Positions 10,824-20,622 of a DNA stretch of 64,000 nucleotides are shown piece by piece. Both the position numbers and the translations under genes were made by a program. The number at the start of each line of letters is the position of its first letter. The first letter of the stretch is position 1. Under the pieces are notes generated by a model. It was not told where the DNA came from. It did not search any database and saw only the letters and a program-made list of their open reading frames with translations. Source of the stretch: Occultella glacieicola (GTDB lineage: Bacteria > Actinomycetota > Actinomycetes > Actinomycetales > Beutenbergiaceae). The stretch covers positions 186,001 to 250,000 of the forward strand of contig NZ_SMNA01000002.1 of the NCBI RefSeq assembly GCF_004353825.1, written 5' to 3'.

Positions 10824-12290
10824 TCAGGAACCGAGCACGCCGCGACGCACGGCGGCGTGCTCGGCGAGCGGACCTGCCGTCGGCTCGCTCAGGTCCTTCG
10901 CGACGACGGAGCCGATCGCACCCGTGGTGCGGGCGAGGTAGTCCTCGGAGCGGGCCACCGCCGTCGCCTGTCGTTGCCGCTTCGCGGCGTTCAGCAGCAG
11001 CAGCCCTCCGATCAGCACGACCACGCCACCGGCGGCGAGGGCCGTCGCGGGCAACGCCGTGTGAAGCGCCAGGACGACGATCGCCCCCAGGATGAGGGCC
11101 ACGCCCAGGATCGTGGCGAGCAGTCCGAGGAGCCGGCGGCGTGCCGCCGCGCCGTCGTGCGAGGACGGCAGGTCCTCGTCCGAGAGGGCCTTCCAGACGT
11201 GGGCGTCGAAGTCCGCACCGTCGGGGACGGTCGCGGTCACCGCCTCGAGCCACCTCGGCGGGAGTCCGTTCGTGGCCTCGGCGAGCCAGCGGTCCCGGAT
11301 CGCCTCGATCCGACTGCGGGCCGGCTGCTGGACGGGACTCAGCGCCACACGGCGCGAGCTCGATACCGCGGACCGGATCGACTCGGTCACCGACGGCACT
11401 CCGGCGGCGACCGCGATGCGTTCGGCGGTGACCTCCGCGTAGGGAGGCTGCGGTTCGACGTCGCCGAGGTGTGGTCGCAACCGCTCGGCGATGGCGACGA
11501 TCTCCGAACGCGCCGTGCGGGCACCGATGGACTCCCCGGCGATGACCTCGCCGAGTTCGCGGTGAAGCGCCTCCACCCCCTCGTTGGTGCGAGCGGAGAC
11601 CAGGCGGATCCGCACGTCAGCCAGTCCGTCCTCGTCGATCAGGCGCCGCACGTCCTGGAGCACCCGGTCGCGGGAGTGCTCGGGGATGGTGTCGATCTGG
11701 TTGATCACCACGAGCATGGCCTCATGTCGTGCCGCGAGTGCGCGCAGGTACTTCTCGTGCAGGGCGTTGTCGGCGTACTTCTGGGGATCGACGACCCAGA
11801 CGAGCAGGTCGATGAGCGGAAGCAGTCGGTTGACCTGGAGGGCGTGGTCCTCCTCGACCGAGTCGTGGTCCGGGAGGTCGAGCAGGACCAGTCCGTTGAG
11901 CGCCTCCTCACCGGTGCCGGCGTCCAGTTCGGACACCCGCTGGATCCGCCGCCTCGGGTCCACCTGCAGGAAGTCCAGCAGCGCGGTCGCCTCGCTCCCC
12001 CAGACGCAGGCGGCGGCCTGCGCGGTCGTGGGCCGGAGCACGCCGACGTCCGCGAACTCGAGGCGGGTGAGCGCGTTGAACAGACTGGACTTGCCCGAGC
12101 CGGTGCCGCCGACGAGCGCGACCACCGTGTAGTCCACCCCGAGTTCGACGCGACGCGTCACCGCGGCGAGGTCGAGCCGGGCCTGGGTGACGACATCGGA
12201 GTCGATCCGGTCCGCGGCCAGGTCCAGCGCCGCATCGATGTCGGCGATGCGCCGGCCCAGTTCGGCGCCGGCGTCCTCCGCGTTGCTCAC
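10824..12290 (-). CDS. Dynamin-like GTPase with two C-terminal TM helices (DynB-like)
   Basis: GGTGSGKSSLFN, RPTT, DLPDHDS, DPQKYAD, NQID; C-terminal hydrophobic hairpin. Confidence 0.8.
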   Translation of the reverse strand: MSNAEDAGAELGRRIADIDAALDLAADRIDSDVVTQARLDLAAVTRRVELGVDYTVVALVGGTGSGKSSLFNALTRLEFADVGVLRPTTAQAAACVWGSEATALLDFLQVDPRRRIQRVSELDAGTGEEALNGLVLLDLPDHDSVEEDHALQVNRLLPLIDLLVWVVDPQKYADNALHEKYLRALAARHEAMLVVINQIDTIPEHSRDRVLQDVRRLIDEDGLADVRIRLVSARTNEGVEALHRELGEVIAGESIGARTARSEIVAIAERLRPHLGDVEPQPPYAEVTAERIAVAAGVPSVTESIRSAVSSSRRVALSPVQQPARSRIEAIRDRWLAEATNGLPPRWLEAVTATVPDGADFDAHVWKALSDEDLPSSHDGAAARRRLLGLLATILGVALILGAIVVLALHTALPATALAAGGVVVLIGGLLLLNAAKRQRQATAVARSEDYLARTTGAIGSVVAKDLSEPTAGPLAEHAAVRRGVLGS

Positions 12291-13915
12291 AAGTACCCCT
12301 TCAGCTCGCTCGCGCGTACCCGCAACCGGTGCGCCGCTCCGTCGTCGAGACCGACTCCGTCGAGCGCAGCGACGAACACGTCGGCCTCCGCGTTCACCGC
12401 GACCTCCGCCCAGTCGGCCAGGTCACCGCGCAGGCGTGACACGGCGGCGACCCCGCGGTCGCCGAAGATGCGACGCACGGCACGCTCGGCGCCGTCCAGT
12501 CCCGCGGCGGCCACCTCGACCAGGGCGGACAGGGCGTCCGGCTCCAGCCCGGCATCGTCACCGGCCGGCTTGAGCGCGCCGCAGACCTCCGCGACCACGT
12601 CGTCCCATTCCTTCACGAGTTGTTCGAGCCGTGTGGTCCGCGCGGTCGTCGAGGCCTCCGCGGACACCAGCTCCGCGACCTGCCGGCCGGCCGGCGTACG
12701 TTCGGCCGCCGTCCGGACCAGCCGCTCGCCGCGTTCGGCGGCCTCCTTGACGAGGGTGCGGGTGGCCCCGATCGCCACCTCCCGCAGATTCCGCACCGAC
12801 TCGTTCCGGGCCTTCGCGGCCCGCCGGAAGCGCCAGGTCTCGAAGACGTTCGAGGACGGCGCCACGAGCGGTGCGAGGATGCCACCGCTGCTCGCCCCGG
12901 CGAGCCAGGTGGTGGTCGGTGCTCCGGTGGCGGCGGCGCCGGAGGCCACGTCGGCCTTCGCCTGCTCGGCAGCCGTCGACGGCGCCGCGGCCAACTGGTT
13001 GCGCAGGGCGAGCGCGGTCCGGCGCTGGGTATCCAGGGCCGCGGCCACGTCCTGCACGTCCTGGCGCAGTGCCGGCCAGGCGCCGCGGACGGTGCGGGCG
13101 ATGATGCTGCGGGACTGGCTCTGGGCACCGAGCACGGTGAGCCATTTGGAGAACTCCTGGACCCGCTCGGGGGGCAGCACACCCTCGTGCGGGCCGACGT
13201 CCGGGATCACGAAGAACGGGACGGCGCCGAAGCCCTGGGCGTCGAGCCGGTCGAAGAGGTCGCGACGAACCTTCCCGAGCCCGGCCCGTTCGACCCGGTT
13301 CAGGACGACCGCCAGGGAGACCCCACGCTCGGAGGCGGTGTGCAGTCGCGCCCACGGCACGGCGTCCCCGTACCGGGATCCGGTGGTGACGAACACCCAC
13401 AGGTCCGCGAGTTCCACCAGTTCGTCGGCCAGCCCGCGGTTGCCGGAGTGCACGGAGTCGAGGTCCGGCGCGTCGAGCAGGGCGAGCCCGCGGGGAACCT
13501 CGTCATGGACGCTGACCCGGGCCACCTCGATGACCGGGTGCGACTCGAGCAGCTCGGCGTCCTTGGGATGCACCACGAGGACCGGTTCACGCGTGGTCGG
13601 GCGCAGCACCCCAGCCTCGCTGACGTCCGAGCCGACCACCGAGTTGACCAGGGTGGACTTGCCGGCGCCGGTGGAACCGCCGACCACCACGATGACGGGT
13701 GCGGCGACCTGCTTGAGGCGGGGCAGCAGATGGTTGCGGACCTGCGTCGAGAGCCGGTCGCGGCGGCTGCGGGCATCCTCGGCGTCGGCGGTGTCCAGGG
13801 GCAGGGACGCGGCGTCCAGGTTGCGGAGCAGGTCCTCGATGACCTCGACCATCGGCAGCCGCTCCGGACGCGGGCTCACGTCCGGTTCATCGGTGGTGGT
13901 GGGGGTGTCGGTCAC
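12287..13915 (-). CDS. Dynamin-like GTPase (DynA-like)
   Basis: LLPRL, GGSTGAGKSTLVNS, RPTTREP, DAPDLDS, FVTTGSRYGDAVPW; GTGA overlap with the next GTPase. Confidence 0.8.
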   Translation of the reverse strand: MTDTPTTTDEPDVSPRPERLPMVEVIEDLLRNLDAASLPLDTADAEDARSRRDRLSTQVRNHLLPRLKQVAAPVIVVVGGSTGAGKSTLVNSVVGSDVSEAGVLRPTTREPVLVVHPKDAELLESHPVIEVARVSVHDEVPRGLALLDAPDLDSVHSGNRGLADELVELADLWVFVTTGSRYGDAVPWARLHTASERGVSLAVVLNRVERAGLGKVRRDLFDRLDAQGFGAVPFFVIPDVGPHEGVLPPERVQEFSKWLTVLGAQSQSRSIIARTVRGAWPALRQDVQDVAAALDTQRRTALALRNQLAAAPSTAAEQAKADVASGAAATGAPTTTWLAGASSGGILAPLVAPSSNVFETWRFRRAAKARNESVRNLREVAIGATRTLVKEAAERGERLVRTAAERTPAGRQVAELVSAEASTTARTTRLEQLVKEWDDVVAEVCGALKPAGDDAGLEPDALSALVEVAAAGLDGAERAVRRIFGDRGVAAVSRLRGDLADWAEVAVNAEADVFVAALDGVGLDDGAAHRLRVRASELKGYL

Positions 13916-14100
13916 GGAGCCTAGCCTGCCCGTTCCGGGTGCGTCGGACCAAACGGGCACCTGGGCACCGCGCGTGATCGCGTCGGGGCCGTGCCCGGCC
14001 CGGCTGCGGCGGTTCGGGAGGGTCGGGGCACGTTGAACATCCTATGCGGGACGCGCCGCCACGCGGAGGCGCGGCCCCGGCCCGGATATCCTGAGCGGGC

Positions 14101-14173
<73 letters not shown>

Positions 14174-14216
14174 CCGCTGCGACGTCCCCGGACGGCTCGC
14201 CCGGCACGGGAGCGGT

Positions 14217-14576
14217 TCAGGGTCGCGGCGTCCGGCGCGCCGCCTCCGCGAGCAGCTCCCGGACGCCGGGCCGGGCGACGTCGGCGGCGGTGACGAACCG
14301 GATGTGGCGGGCCCTCGTCCCGGTGCCCGCGAGGAGCCCGGCCGGGTCCAGGTCGACGAGCTCGGCACCGTTCGCGAGCATCAGGTTCACGTGCCCGCGG
14401 TGCGGGACGATCCCGGCGATCAGGTGCTTGTAGGTGCCGGGCTTGTACGTGTAGCCGATCAGTCCCGAGGTGACGTCCTGCTCCTCGACCGCGTCGGGGA
14501 GTGTCTCGGCCACCAGTTCCCGGAGCCGTTCGACGACCTCGACCAGGGACGCGTCGAGTCCGTCGGCGATGCTCAC
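14217..14576 (-). CDS. DUF1801/YdhG-like small protein
   Basis: RLRELVAETLPDAVEE...GY...HVNLMLANGAELVD.DPAGLLAGTGTRARHIR pattern; GTG overlaps the ATPase stop (GTGA). Confidence 0.75.
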   Translation of the reverse strand: MSIADGLDASLVEVVERLRELVAETLPDAVEEQDVTSGLIGYTYKPGTYKHLIAGIVPHRGHVNLMLANGAELVDLDPAGLLAGTGTRARHIRFVTAADVARPGVRELLAEAARRTPRP

Positions 14577-15661
14577 GGGGCCGGGCGCAGCGGGACTCTC
14601 ACGTCGGAGCCGCCCTCCTCGGTGATCCGCTCCCCCATCTGGACGAGGGTGGGCTCGGAGATGAACCCCCCGGCGAACAGGGCCTGGCCCTGCGCGAAGG
14701 AGGCCGCGCGGCCGAGGAGCTCCTCGGGCACGAACCCGAAGACGTCGGCGAGTTCGGCCAGGTCGCGGGGGGCGTTCATCCGCATCAGGCCGAGGTTGTC
14801 GCACTGCGAGAGCACGTTCGGGTGGATCTTCGTCGGCCGCTGCGTGGACAGCAGCAGCCAGAGTCCGAACTTCCGGCCCTCCGCGGCGACCTGGATGATG
14901 CGGTCGGTCAGCGCCCTCTCGACGGCGGTCGCCGGGTCCGGCGGGCAGAGATTGTGGGCCTCGTCGATCACGATCAGGACCGGTCGGCGGGACTCCCGGG
15001 TGTTCCAGAGGTGCTCGAACACGCTCAGCGCCGCGACCTTCGGCTCCGCCGGGTGTGCGAAACCACCCAGGTCGAGCACGGTGACGGCGGGGCGCTGGTC
15101 GACGATCTCGGTCACCGAGGTCGCACCCCTGGACCACAGTTCCCAATCGAGCACCTCGAGGTTCTCGATCCGGCGGGCGAGCCGGGCCTGACCGGGATCG
15201 CCGGAGTCCCGCAGCGACGCGAGGAAACTCTCGTTCGTGAACCTCCGGTGGTCGCCGTCGACGTGAAGGAGGACGTTGTACTCGTCGGCGTCGGCGATCG
15301 GGTCGAGCTGCAGGACGGCGGCCTTCGACGCCGCGGACAGGTCGATGAAGGCCGTGTGCAGCCGTTCGCCGCCGATGCGGGTGGAGTGCAGGACCCGGAT
15401 GTCGGCGCCGGCGATCGCGGCGACGGCGTCCGGGTTACCGCTCGACCGTGTCTCGTGCATCCGGGTGAAGTCGGCATTCGGATCGAGGACGAGCAGCGGC
15501 AGTTCGGTCGCGAGCAGGAGCTGCTCCAGCACGACGCCGAGTGCGTACGTCTTGCCCGAGCCGCTCTGGCCGCACCAGAACGTGTGTCGGTTGAAGCGTC
15601 CGGCGGCGAGGCGTGCTACCTGCTCGGGCCGCTCCAGTTGGGTACCGATCGTCAGCTCCAC
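14573..15661 (-). CDS. HerA/FtsK-like P-loop ATPase (DUF87), short stand-alone form
   Basis: RHTFWCGQSGSGKT Walker A, VLDPNADF, IVIDEAHN Walker B, EGRKFG arginine finger, STQRP, LSQC. Confidence 0.85.
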   Translation of the reverse strand: MELTIGTQLERPEQVARLAAGRFNRHTFWCGQSGSGKTYALGVVLEQLLLATELPLLVLDPNADFTRMHETRSSGNPDAVAAIAGADIRVLHSTRIGGERLHTAFIDLSAASKAAVLQLDPIADADEYNVLLHVDGDHRRFTNESFLASLRDSGDPGQARLARRIENLEVLDWELWSRGATSVTEIVDQRPAVTVLDLGGFAHPAEPKVAALSVFEHLWNTRESRRPVLIVIDEAHNLCPPDPATAVERALTDRIIQVAAEGRKFGLWLLLSTQRPTKIHPNVLSQCDNLGLMRMNAPRDLAELADVFGFVPEELLGRAASFAQGQALFAGGFISEPTLVQMGERITEEGGSDVRVPLRPAP

Positions 15662-15791
15662 GCCGCAAGCCTTCCACAGCCCACTCGGACCGCACAGGGC
15701 CTTCGGGCCGTTCCGACCGGATTTCACCCAGGAAGGATGAGCAAGTATGAGCACCGTGCCCGACCGCCGGCCGGGGTGGAACGGCGCGACG

Positions 15792-16601
15792 TCAGCCGGT
15801 GGTGCTGGGTGCGTGCCTGCCGATCGGGATCACCATGGGTGCCCCGGTGCGCGGATCCGGGATCACGTCGCAACGCAGGTCGAAGACGTCCCGGACGGTC
15901 GCGGCGGTGACCACCTGCGCGGGCGGTCCCGCGTCGACGATCCGACCGGAGCGCATCGCGACCAGGAGGTCGGCATAGCGCGCGGCGAGGTTCAGCTCGT
16001 GGAGCACGAGGACGATCGTCGTGCCACGCTGCCGGTTGAGGTCGACGAGCAGGTCGAGCAGTTCGATCTGGTGATTGAGGTCGAGGAAGGTGGTCGGCTC
16101 GTCGAGCAGCAGGATGCCGGTCTGCTGGGCCAGCGCCATCGCGATCCAGACCCGCTGCCGCTGGCCGCCGGAGAGTTCGGCGACGGGCCGGTCGACCAGG
16201 TCGGCCGTGGCGGTCGCGTGCAGCGCGGCGTCGACGGCCGCATCGTCGGCGGCACTCCAGCGGCGGAACCAGCCCTGGTGCGGGTGCCGGCCCCGACCGA
16301 CGAGATCGGCCACGGTGATCCCGTCGGGCGCCACCGGGGCCTGCGGCAGCATCCCGAGCACCCGCGCCACGTCGCCGGGTCGCATCCGGTGCAACGGCTC
16401 GCCGTCGAGCAGGACCACCCCGGCCCGCGGCTCGAGGAGCCGCGCGAAGCCACGCAGGAGGGTGGACTTGCCGGATGCATTGGCTCCGATGATCGCCGTG
16501 ATCCGGCCCGCCGGCAGCACCAGGTCGACCTCGTGCACGACCGGCGTGGTGTCGTAGCCGAGGGTCAGGCCCCTGGCCTCGAGGAGATGATCCGGCCTCA
16601 C
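15792..16601 (-). CDS. Iron-siderophore ABC transporter ATP-binding protein
   Basis: GANASGKST, LSGGQRQRVWIAMALAQ, LLLDEPTTFLD. Confidence 0.92.
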   Translation of the reverse strand: MRPDHLLEARGLTLGYDTTPVVHEVDLVLPAGRITAIIGANASGKSTLLRGFARLLEPRAGVVLLDGEPLHRMRPGDVARVLGMLPQAPVAPDGITVADLVGRGRHPHQGWFRRWSAADDAAVDAALHATATADLVDRPVAELSGGQRQRVWIAMALAQQTGILLLDEPTTFLDLNHQIELLDLLVDLNRQRGTTIVLVLHELNLAARYADLLVAMRSGRIVDAGPPAQVVTAATVRDVFDLRCDVIPDPRTGAPMVIPIGRHAPSTTG

Positions 16602-17641
16602 CCGGCGCTCGTTTCCCGCGCGGCGCTGATCAGCACCCACGCGATGTAGGGGGCACCGAAGGCGCCCGTGACGACCCCCGTGGAGATCGGCCACGCCAGC
16701 GCGTGCTGCGCCAGCAGATCGGCCACCTGGAGGATGACGGCGCCCATCAGGCCGGACGCGAGGATGCTGCGGCTCGTGGGGCCGAGCGCGATCGCAGCGA
16801 GCGGACCGGCGAGCATCGCGACGAAGGCGACGGGGCCGACCGCCGCCGTCGCGACCGAGACCAGCACGGCCGCGACACCGAGCAGAACGAACCGGTCACG
16901 CTCCGCGCGGGCGCCGAGCATCCGGGCCGGCTCGTCGCCGAGCTCGAGTGCCCGCAGCATCCGGGCGAGACCGGGCCCGGACACCGCGAGAACGACGAGC
17001 AGTACGGCGACGACCCGGAGCAGGCCCGGGGTCGCCATCCCGACCGAGCCGACGAGCCAGCTGAGCGCCGCGCGCGCATCACTGAACTCGGCGCGAGCCA
17101 CGAGATAGGACGTCACCGACGACGCGAGGGCCCCGACTCCGATGCCGACGAGGATGAACCGGTACTCCGACACGCCGCGGTGCCACGCGAGGAAGTACAC
17201 GAGGGCCGCCGTCGCGAGGCCGCCCAGGAGCGCGTAGCCGGAGAGCGTGAACCCGGCGACCCCGCCGAGAACGAGGGCGGCTGCGGCGGCCGTGCCCGCG
17301 CCGGCGGCAACACCGAGGAAGTCCGGGGACGCGAGCGGATTGCCGAGCACCCGCTGGAACAACGTGCCGGAGACCCCGAGCGCGATCCCGACCAGCGCGG
17401 CCGCACCGGCCCGGGTCAGCCGCAGTTCCTGGATGACGAACACCGTGGCGTCCTCGCCGACGCCGAAGGTCGCCAGGACGGCGTCGACGGGTGGCACCAC
17501 GACGCTACCGACCACCAGCGAGACGACGAAGAGCAGGACCACCACCGCGGACAGCACGACCACAGTCGCGCCGAGGCGACGACGCGAGAGCGCCCGAAAC
17601 CGACGGGCCGTGGTCCCGACCGGCGCCATGACGGCCGTCAT
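16598..17641 (-). CDS. Iron-siderophore ABC permease (FecCD family)
   Basis: LRLTR, NPLASPDFLGV, WLVGS, GPVAFVA, GAPY. Confidence 0.9.
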   Translation of the reverse strand: MTAVMAPVGTTARRFRALSRRRLGATVVVLSAVVVLLFVVSLVVGSVVVPPVDAVLATFGVGEDATVFVIQELRLTRAGAAALVGIALGVSGTLFQRVLGNPLASPDFLGVAAGAGTAAAAALVLGGVAGFTLSGYALLGGLATAALVYFLAWHRGVSEYRFILVGIGVGALASSVTSYLVARAEFSDARAALSWLVGSVGMATPGLLRVVAVLLVVLAVSGPGLARMLRALELGDEPARMLGARAERDRFVLLGVAAVLVSVATAAVGPVAFVAMLAGPLAAIALGPTSRSILASGLMGAVILQVADLLAQHALAWPISTGVVTGAFGAPYIAWVLISAARETSAG

Positions 17642-18672
17642 ATCGTCACGATCCTGCGGAACCGCACCAGCAGGACGAAGACCGGCGCCCCGAGCACGCC
17701 CACCACCACACCCACCGGGACCTCCGCCGTCGGGAGCAGCACCCGGCCCAGGATGTCGGAGCCGAGCAGCAGGACGGGGCCCAGCACCGTCGAGTAGGCG
17801 AGGATCCAGCGGTAGTCCGGCCCGGTGATGAGCCGGGCGAGGTGCGGGATCATCAGGCCCACGAACACGATCGGTCCGCAGGCAGCGGTAGCGGCCCCGC
17901 ACAGCAGCGCCACGATCGCGAAGAGCACACCGCGGGTGCGGTCGATACGCAACCCGAGGGTGCTGGCGAGTTCGTCACCGAGGGAGAGCAGGTTGAGCGC
18001 CCGCCCGGTGAACAGGGCCGCAACGATCCCGACCGCGAAGTACGGCGCCAGCTGGACCAGGACCGGGTAGTACCGACCCGCAAGCGCGCCGACCTGCCAC
18101 ATCCGCAACTCGTTCAGGGCGTCCGGGTCCGCGAGCAGGATCGCCGAGGAGAACGATCCGCACAGTGCGGTCGCGGCGGCTCCGGCGAGGGCCAGCTTGA
18201 CCGGGGTGGCGCCCTCGCGCCCGACGGCCGCGATCGTGTACACGGCCACGGTGGCCAGGGCGGCGCCCGCGAACGCGAACCACACCGCGGCACTGGCCGG
18301 CATCGCACCGAAGACGAGCGCTCCCGCCACCACCGCCAGCGCCGCGCCCGCGTTGATGCCCAGCACGCCCGGGTCGGCGAGCGGGTTGCGTGCCAGTCCC
18401 TGCAGGATCGTTCCGCCGAGTGCGAGCGCCGCCCCGACCACGAGGGCGATCAGGGTTCGGGGCATCCGCATCTCCCGGATCACCGTCGCGTCCGCTCGGT
18501 CGGTCGAGCCGATCAGGGCCTGCCACACGTCCGCCGGCGCGACGTCACGCGAGCCCAGGCCGACGCTGATCAGCACGAGCACGAGCAGGACGAGGGCGGC
18601 GGGAAGCAGGCCGAGAGCGCGACCGGAGCGACGGGCGACCGAGGACGGCGGTGCGACCCGGGTCGTGCTCAC
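17638..18672 (-). CDS. Iron-siderophore ABC permease (FecCD family)
   Basis: RMPRT, RNPLADPGVLGINAGA, GPIVFVGLMIPH. Confidence 0.92.
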   Translation of the reverse strand: MSTTRVAPPSSVARRSGRALGLLPAALVLLVLVLISVGLGSRDVAPADVWQALIGSTDRADATVIREMRMPRTLIALVVGAALALGGTILQGLARNPLADPGVLGINAGAALAVVAGALVFGAMPASAAVWFAFAGAALATVAVYTIAAVGREGATPVKLALAGAAATALCGSFSSAILLADPDALNELRMWQVGALAGRYYPVLVQLAPYFAVGIVAALFTGRALNLLSLGDELASTLGLRIDRTRGVLFAIVALLCGAATAACGPIVFVGLMIPHLARLITGPDYRWILAYSTVLGPVLLLGSDILGRVLLPTAEVPVGVVVGVLGAPVFVLLVRFRRIVTI

Positions 18673-19673
18673 TCGCCGACGGAGGCGTCCGTGGCCCGGA
18701 TGACCTCGGCAAGGCGGGTGAGTTCGGCGGCGTAGTCGCCGTAGGTGTGCACCCAGTAGGCGGGCCAGGTGGTGGTCTGTCCTGCGGCGAAGGCGGCGAT
18801 CTCGGCCGAGATCGGCGCCTCGGCGAGGATCTCCTCGTTACCGGGGTGGTTGCGGTCGTCGAAGAGGATCAGGTCCGGCTGGTACCGGTCGGCGGTCTCC
18901 ATGCTGAGCGTCTCCCAGTACGGGAAGTCGGGGTCGGGCGTGTCCGGGACGATGACGTCGAGGCCCCAGCGCTGGAAGTCGAGCAGTTCGGGTGCGTAGG
19001 CGGGTACCGCGATCGCATAGTTGGTGTCCCAGGGGCTGATCGCGAGTGCGCTGACGCCCGGGTTCTCCTCGTTGGCGGCCTCGAAGTCGGTGACGGCCGC
19101 CTCGAACGTGGTGCGCGACTGCGCGATGGCCTCGGGATCCGCGCCTAGTGAGGCAGCGAGGTCGGCGTAGCCCTCGATCAGAGAGACGATCGAGTCACCC
19201 TGGCTCGCGCCGACGACTGGGGCGAGGTCGGCGAGCCTGCGACTGGTGTCCTCGACGCCGGCCTCGAAACCGCTGTAGGCCTCCTCGACCGGCCACCAGT
19301 CGCCGACGATCAGGTCCGGGGCGAGTTCGGCGGCCGCCGCGACGTCGATCTTGCCCCACTCCTGCCCGATTACCTCGATGCCGGTGAAGTCCGCACCCTG
19401 CAGGCCCACGTCCTCGGCGATCGGGGAGCTCGCCCAGATCGCGACCGGCGTGATCCCGAACTCCATGAGCACCTTCGCGGCATACGCTTCGGCGATGATG
19501 CGCTCCGGCACCTCGTCCGCAGTGTAGGTCTGGCCGTCACCGGAGACATAGGACCATTCGGGTTCGGCGGACGGGCCGTCGGGCTCGGCCTCGGACGGCC
19601 CGGCACAACCGGCGACAGTCACGGCGAGAACGGCGGAGATGAGCGTTGCGGCGACGCGGGCACGACCAGGCAC
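18669..19673 (-). CDS. Iron-siderophore ABC substrate-binding lipoprotein
   Basis: VTVAGC lipobox; PERIIA, ELAPDLIV; heads the FecCD operon. Confidence 0.85.
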   Translation of the reverse strand: MPGRARVAATLISAVLAVTVAGCAGPSEAEPDGPSAEPEWSYVSGDGQTYTADEVPERIIAEAYAAKVLMEFGITPVAIWASSPIAEDVGLQGADFTGIEVIGQEWGKIDVAAAAELAPDLIVGDWWPVEEAYSGFEAGVEDTSRRLADLAPVVGASQGDSIVSLIEGYADLAASLGADPEAIAQSRTTFEAAVTDFEAANEENPGVSALAISPWDTNYAIAVPAYAPELLDFQRWGLDVIVPDTPDPDFPYWETLSMETADRYQPDLILFDDRNHPGNEEILAEAPISAEIAAFAAGQTTTWPAYWVHTYGDYAAELTRLAEVIRATDASVGE

Positions 19674-19687
19674 GGAGGACTCCAGAG

Positions 19688-19706
19688 TTAGGTAAGGTTT
19701 ATCTAA
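19688..19706. promoter_or_regulatory. IdeR/DtxR iron box
   Basis: TTAGGTAAGGTTTATCTAA, a 19-bp match to the TTAGGTTAGGCTAACCTAA consensus, with extended arms GAGTTAG/CTAACTC, just upstream of the siderophore SBP. Confidence 0.85.
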
Positions 19707-19743
19707 CTCGACGTAGAGTAGCGGCTGCGCGCGGTCCCGAGGA

Positions 19744-20622
19744 TCACCGGGCCGAGACGTCCGCGGACGCTCGCCTGCGCCGGAAGAGTCCGGGTCGCGT
19801 GGTCGCCAGCGCCGCGACGAGTGTGATGCCGACGGCGAAGGGCACGATCCCGAGCGCGAGCACGGTCATGGCCGGGCTGCCACCGAACTCGACGACGTCG
19901 TGGGTGAGCAGCAGTTGCGAGACGGTCTGGAATGCGGCGTGGAAGCCGACCGAGGTCCACACCGACCCGGTCACCAGCCGCAGGTAGCCCAGACCGATCC
20001 CCATCCCGACGAACAAGGAGAGGTCGGCGACACCGGTGAATCCGCGCAGCACGACCGCGAACGCGGCGAACAGCGTGGCCTGGACCAGGATGATCCACCA
20101 GCCCCGGAGTCGCTCCTCGAGCACGCTCGTCACGTAGCCGCGGAAGACCAGTTCCTCCGGTATCGCCTCGCTGAAGAGCACGGCGGCGGCGGTGAGCCCG
20201 ATGACCGTGGCGACCTCGCCGGGCGATCCGCGCAGCGCCAGCGTCGTTCCGGTCAGCGCCAGGATGGCGAGCACCACCGCGGCCGGCAGGAGCCAGGCGA
20301 GCACACCGGTGGTGAACGCTCGCCAGCCGTCGCGCGGCCCGGTGATCCCGAGATCGGAGAGGGGGCGTCGGTCCACCCGGCGTGCGAGGATGGCGACGAG
20401 CGCGAACATCGCGGCGGACAGGGCGATCCCGCCGAGGGTACGCACGGCGAGCGTGCGCACCTCGGTCGGCTCGCCGTCGGCCGCGGTCGCCACGAGCAGC
20501 AGGAGGCCGCCGGCCAGCAGTCCGACGGCGATCGCGAGCCGGGCGAGGAAGCTCACCGGGCCGGCGACCCCGGCCGGGGAGGCCTTCGTGTTCGTGTTGG
20601 TGTTCGTCCGGTCGGTGCTCAT
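19744..20622 (-). CDS. CPBP (CAAX/Abi) intramembrane metalloprotease
   Basis: PEELVFRGY, TLFA, TGSVWTSVGFHAAF motifs; multi-TM; ATGA overlap with upstream gene. Confidence 0.85.
   Translation of the reverse strand: MSTDRTNTNTNTKASPAGVAGPVSFLARLAIAVGLLAGGLLLLVATAADGEPTEVRTLAVRTLGGIALSAAMFALVAILARRVDRRPLSDLGITGPRDGWRAFTTGVLAWLLPAAVVLAILALTGTTLALRGSPGEVATVIGLTAAAVLFSEAIPEELVFRGYVTSVLEERLRGWWIILVQATLFAAFAVVLRGFTGVADLSLFVGMGIGLGYLRLVTGSVWTSVGFHAAFQTVSQLLLTHDVVEFGGSPAMTVLALGIVPFAVGITLVAALATTRPGLFRRRRASADVSAR

Noticed and set aside
10857..14036. 1059-aa plus-strand ORF
   Set aside because: Antisense shadow of the two dynamin genes; low-complexity R/A/S-rich translation typical of high-GC off-frames
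20585..20608. TTCGTG-like hexamer repeats (TNTNTN)
   Set aside because: Short coding microsatellite in a disordered N-terminus; in frame, with no sign of phase variation
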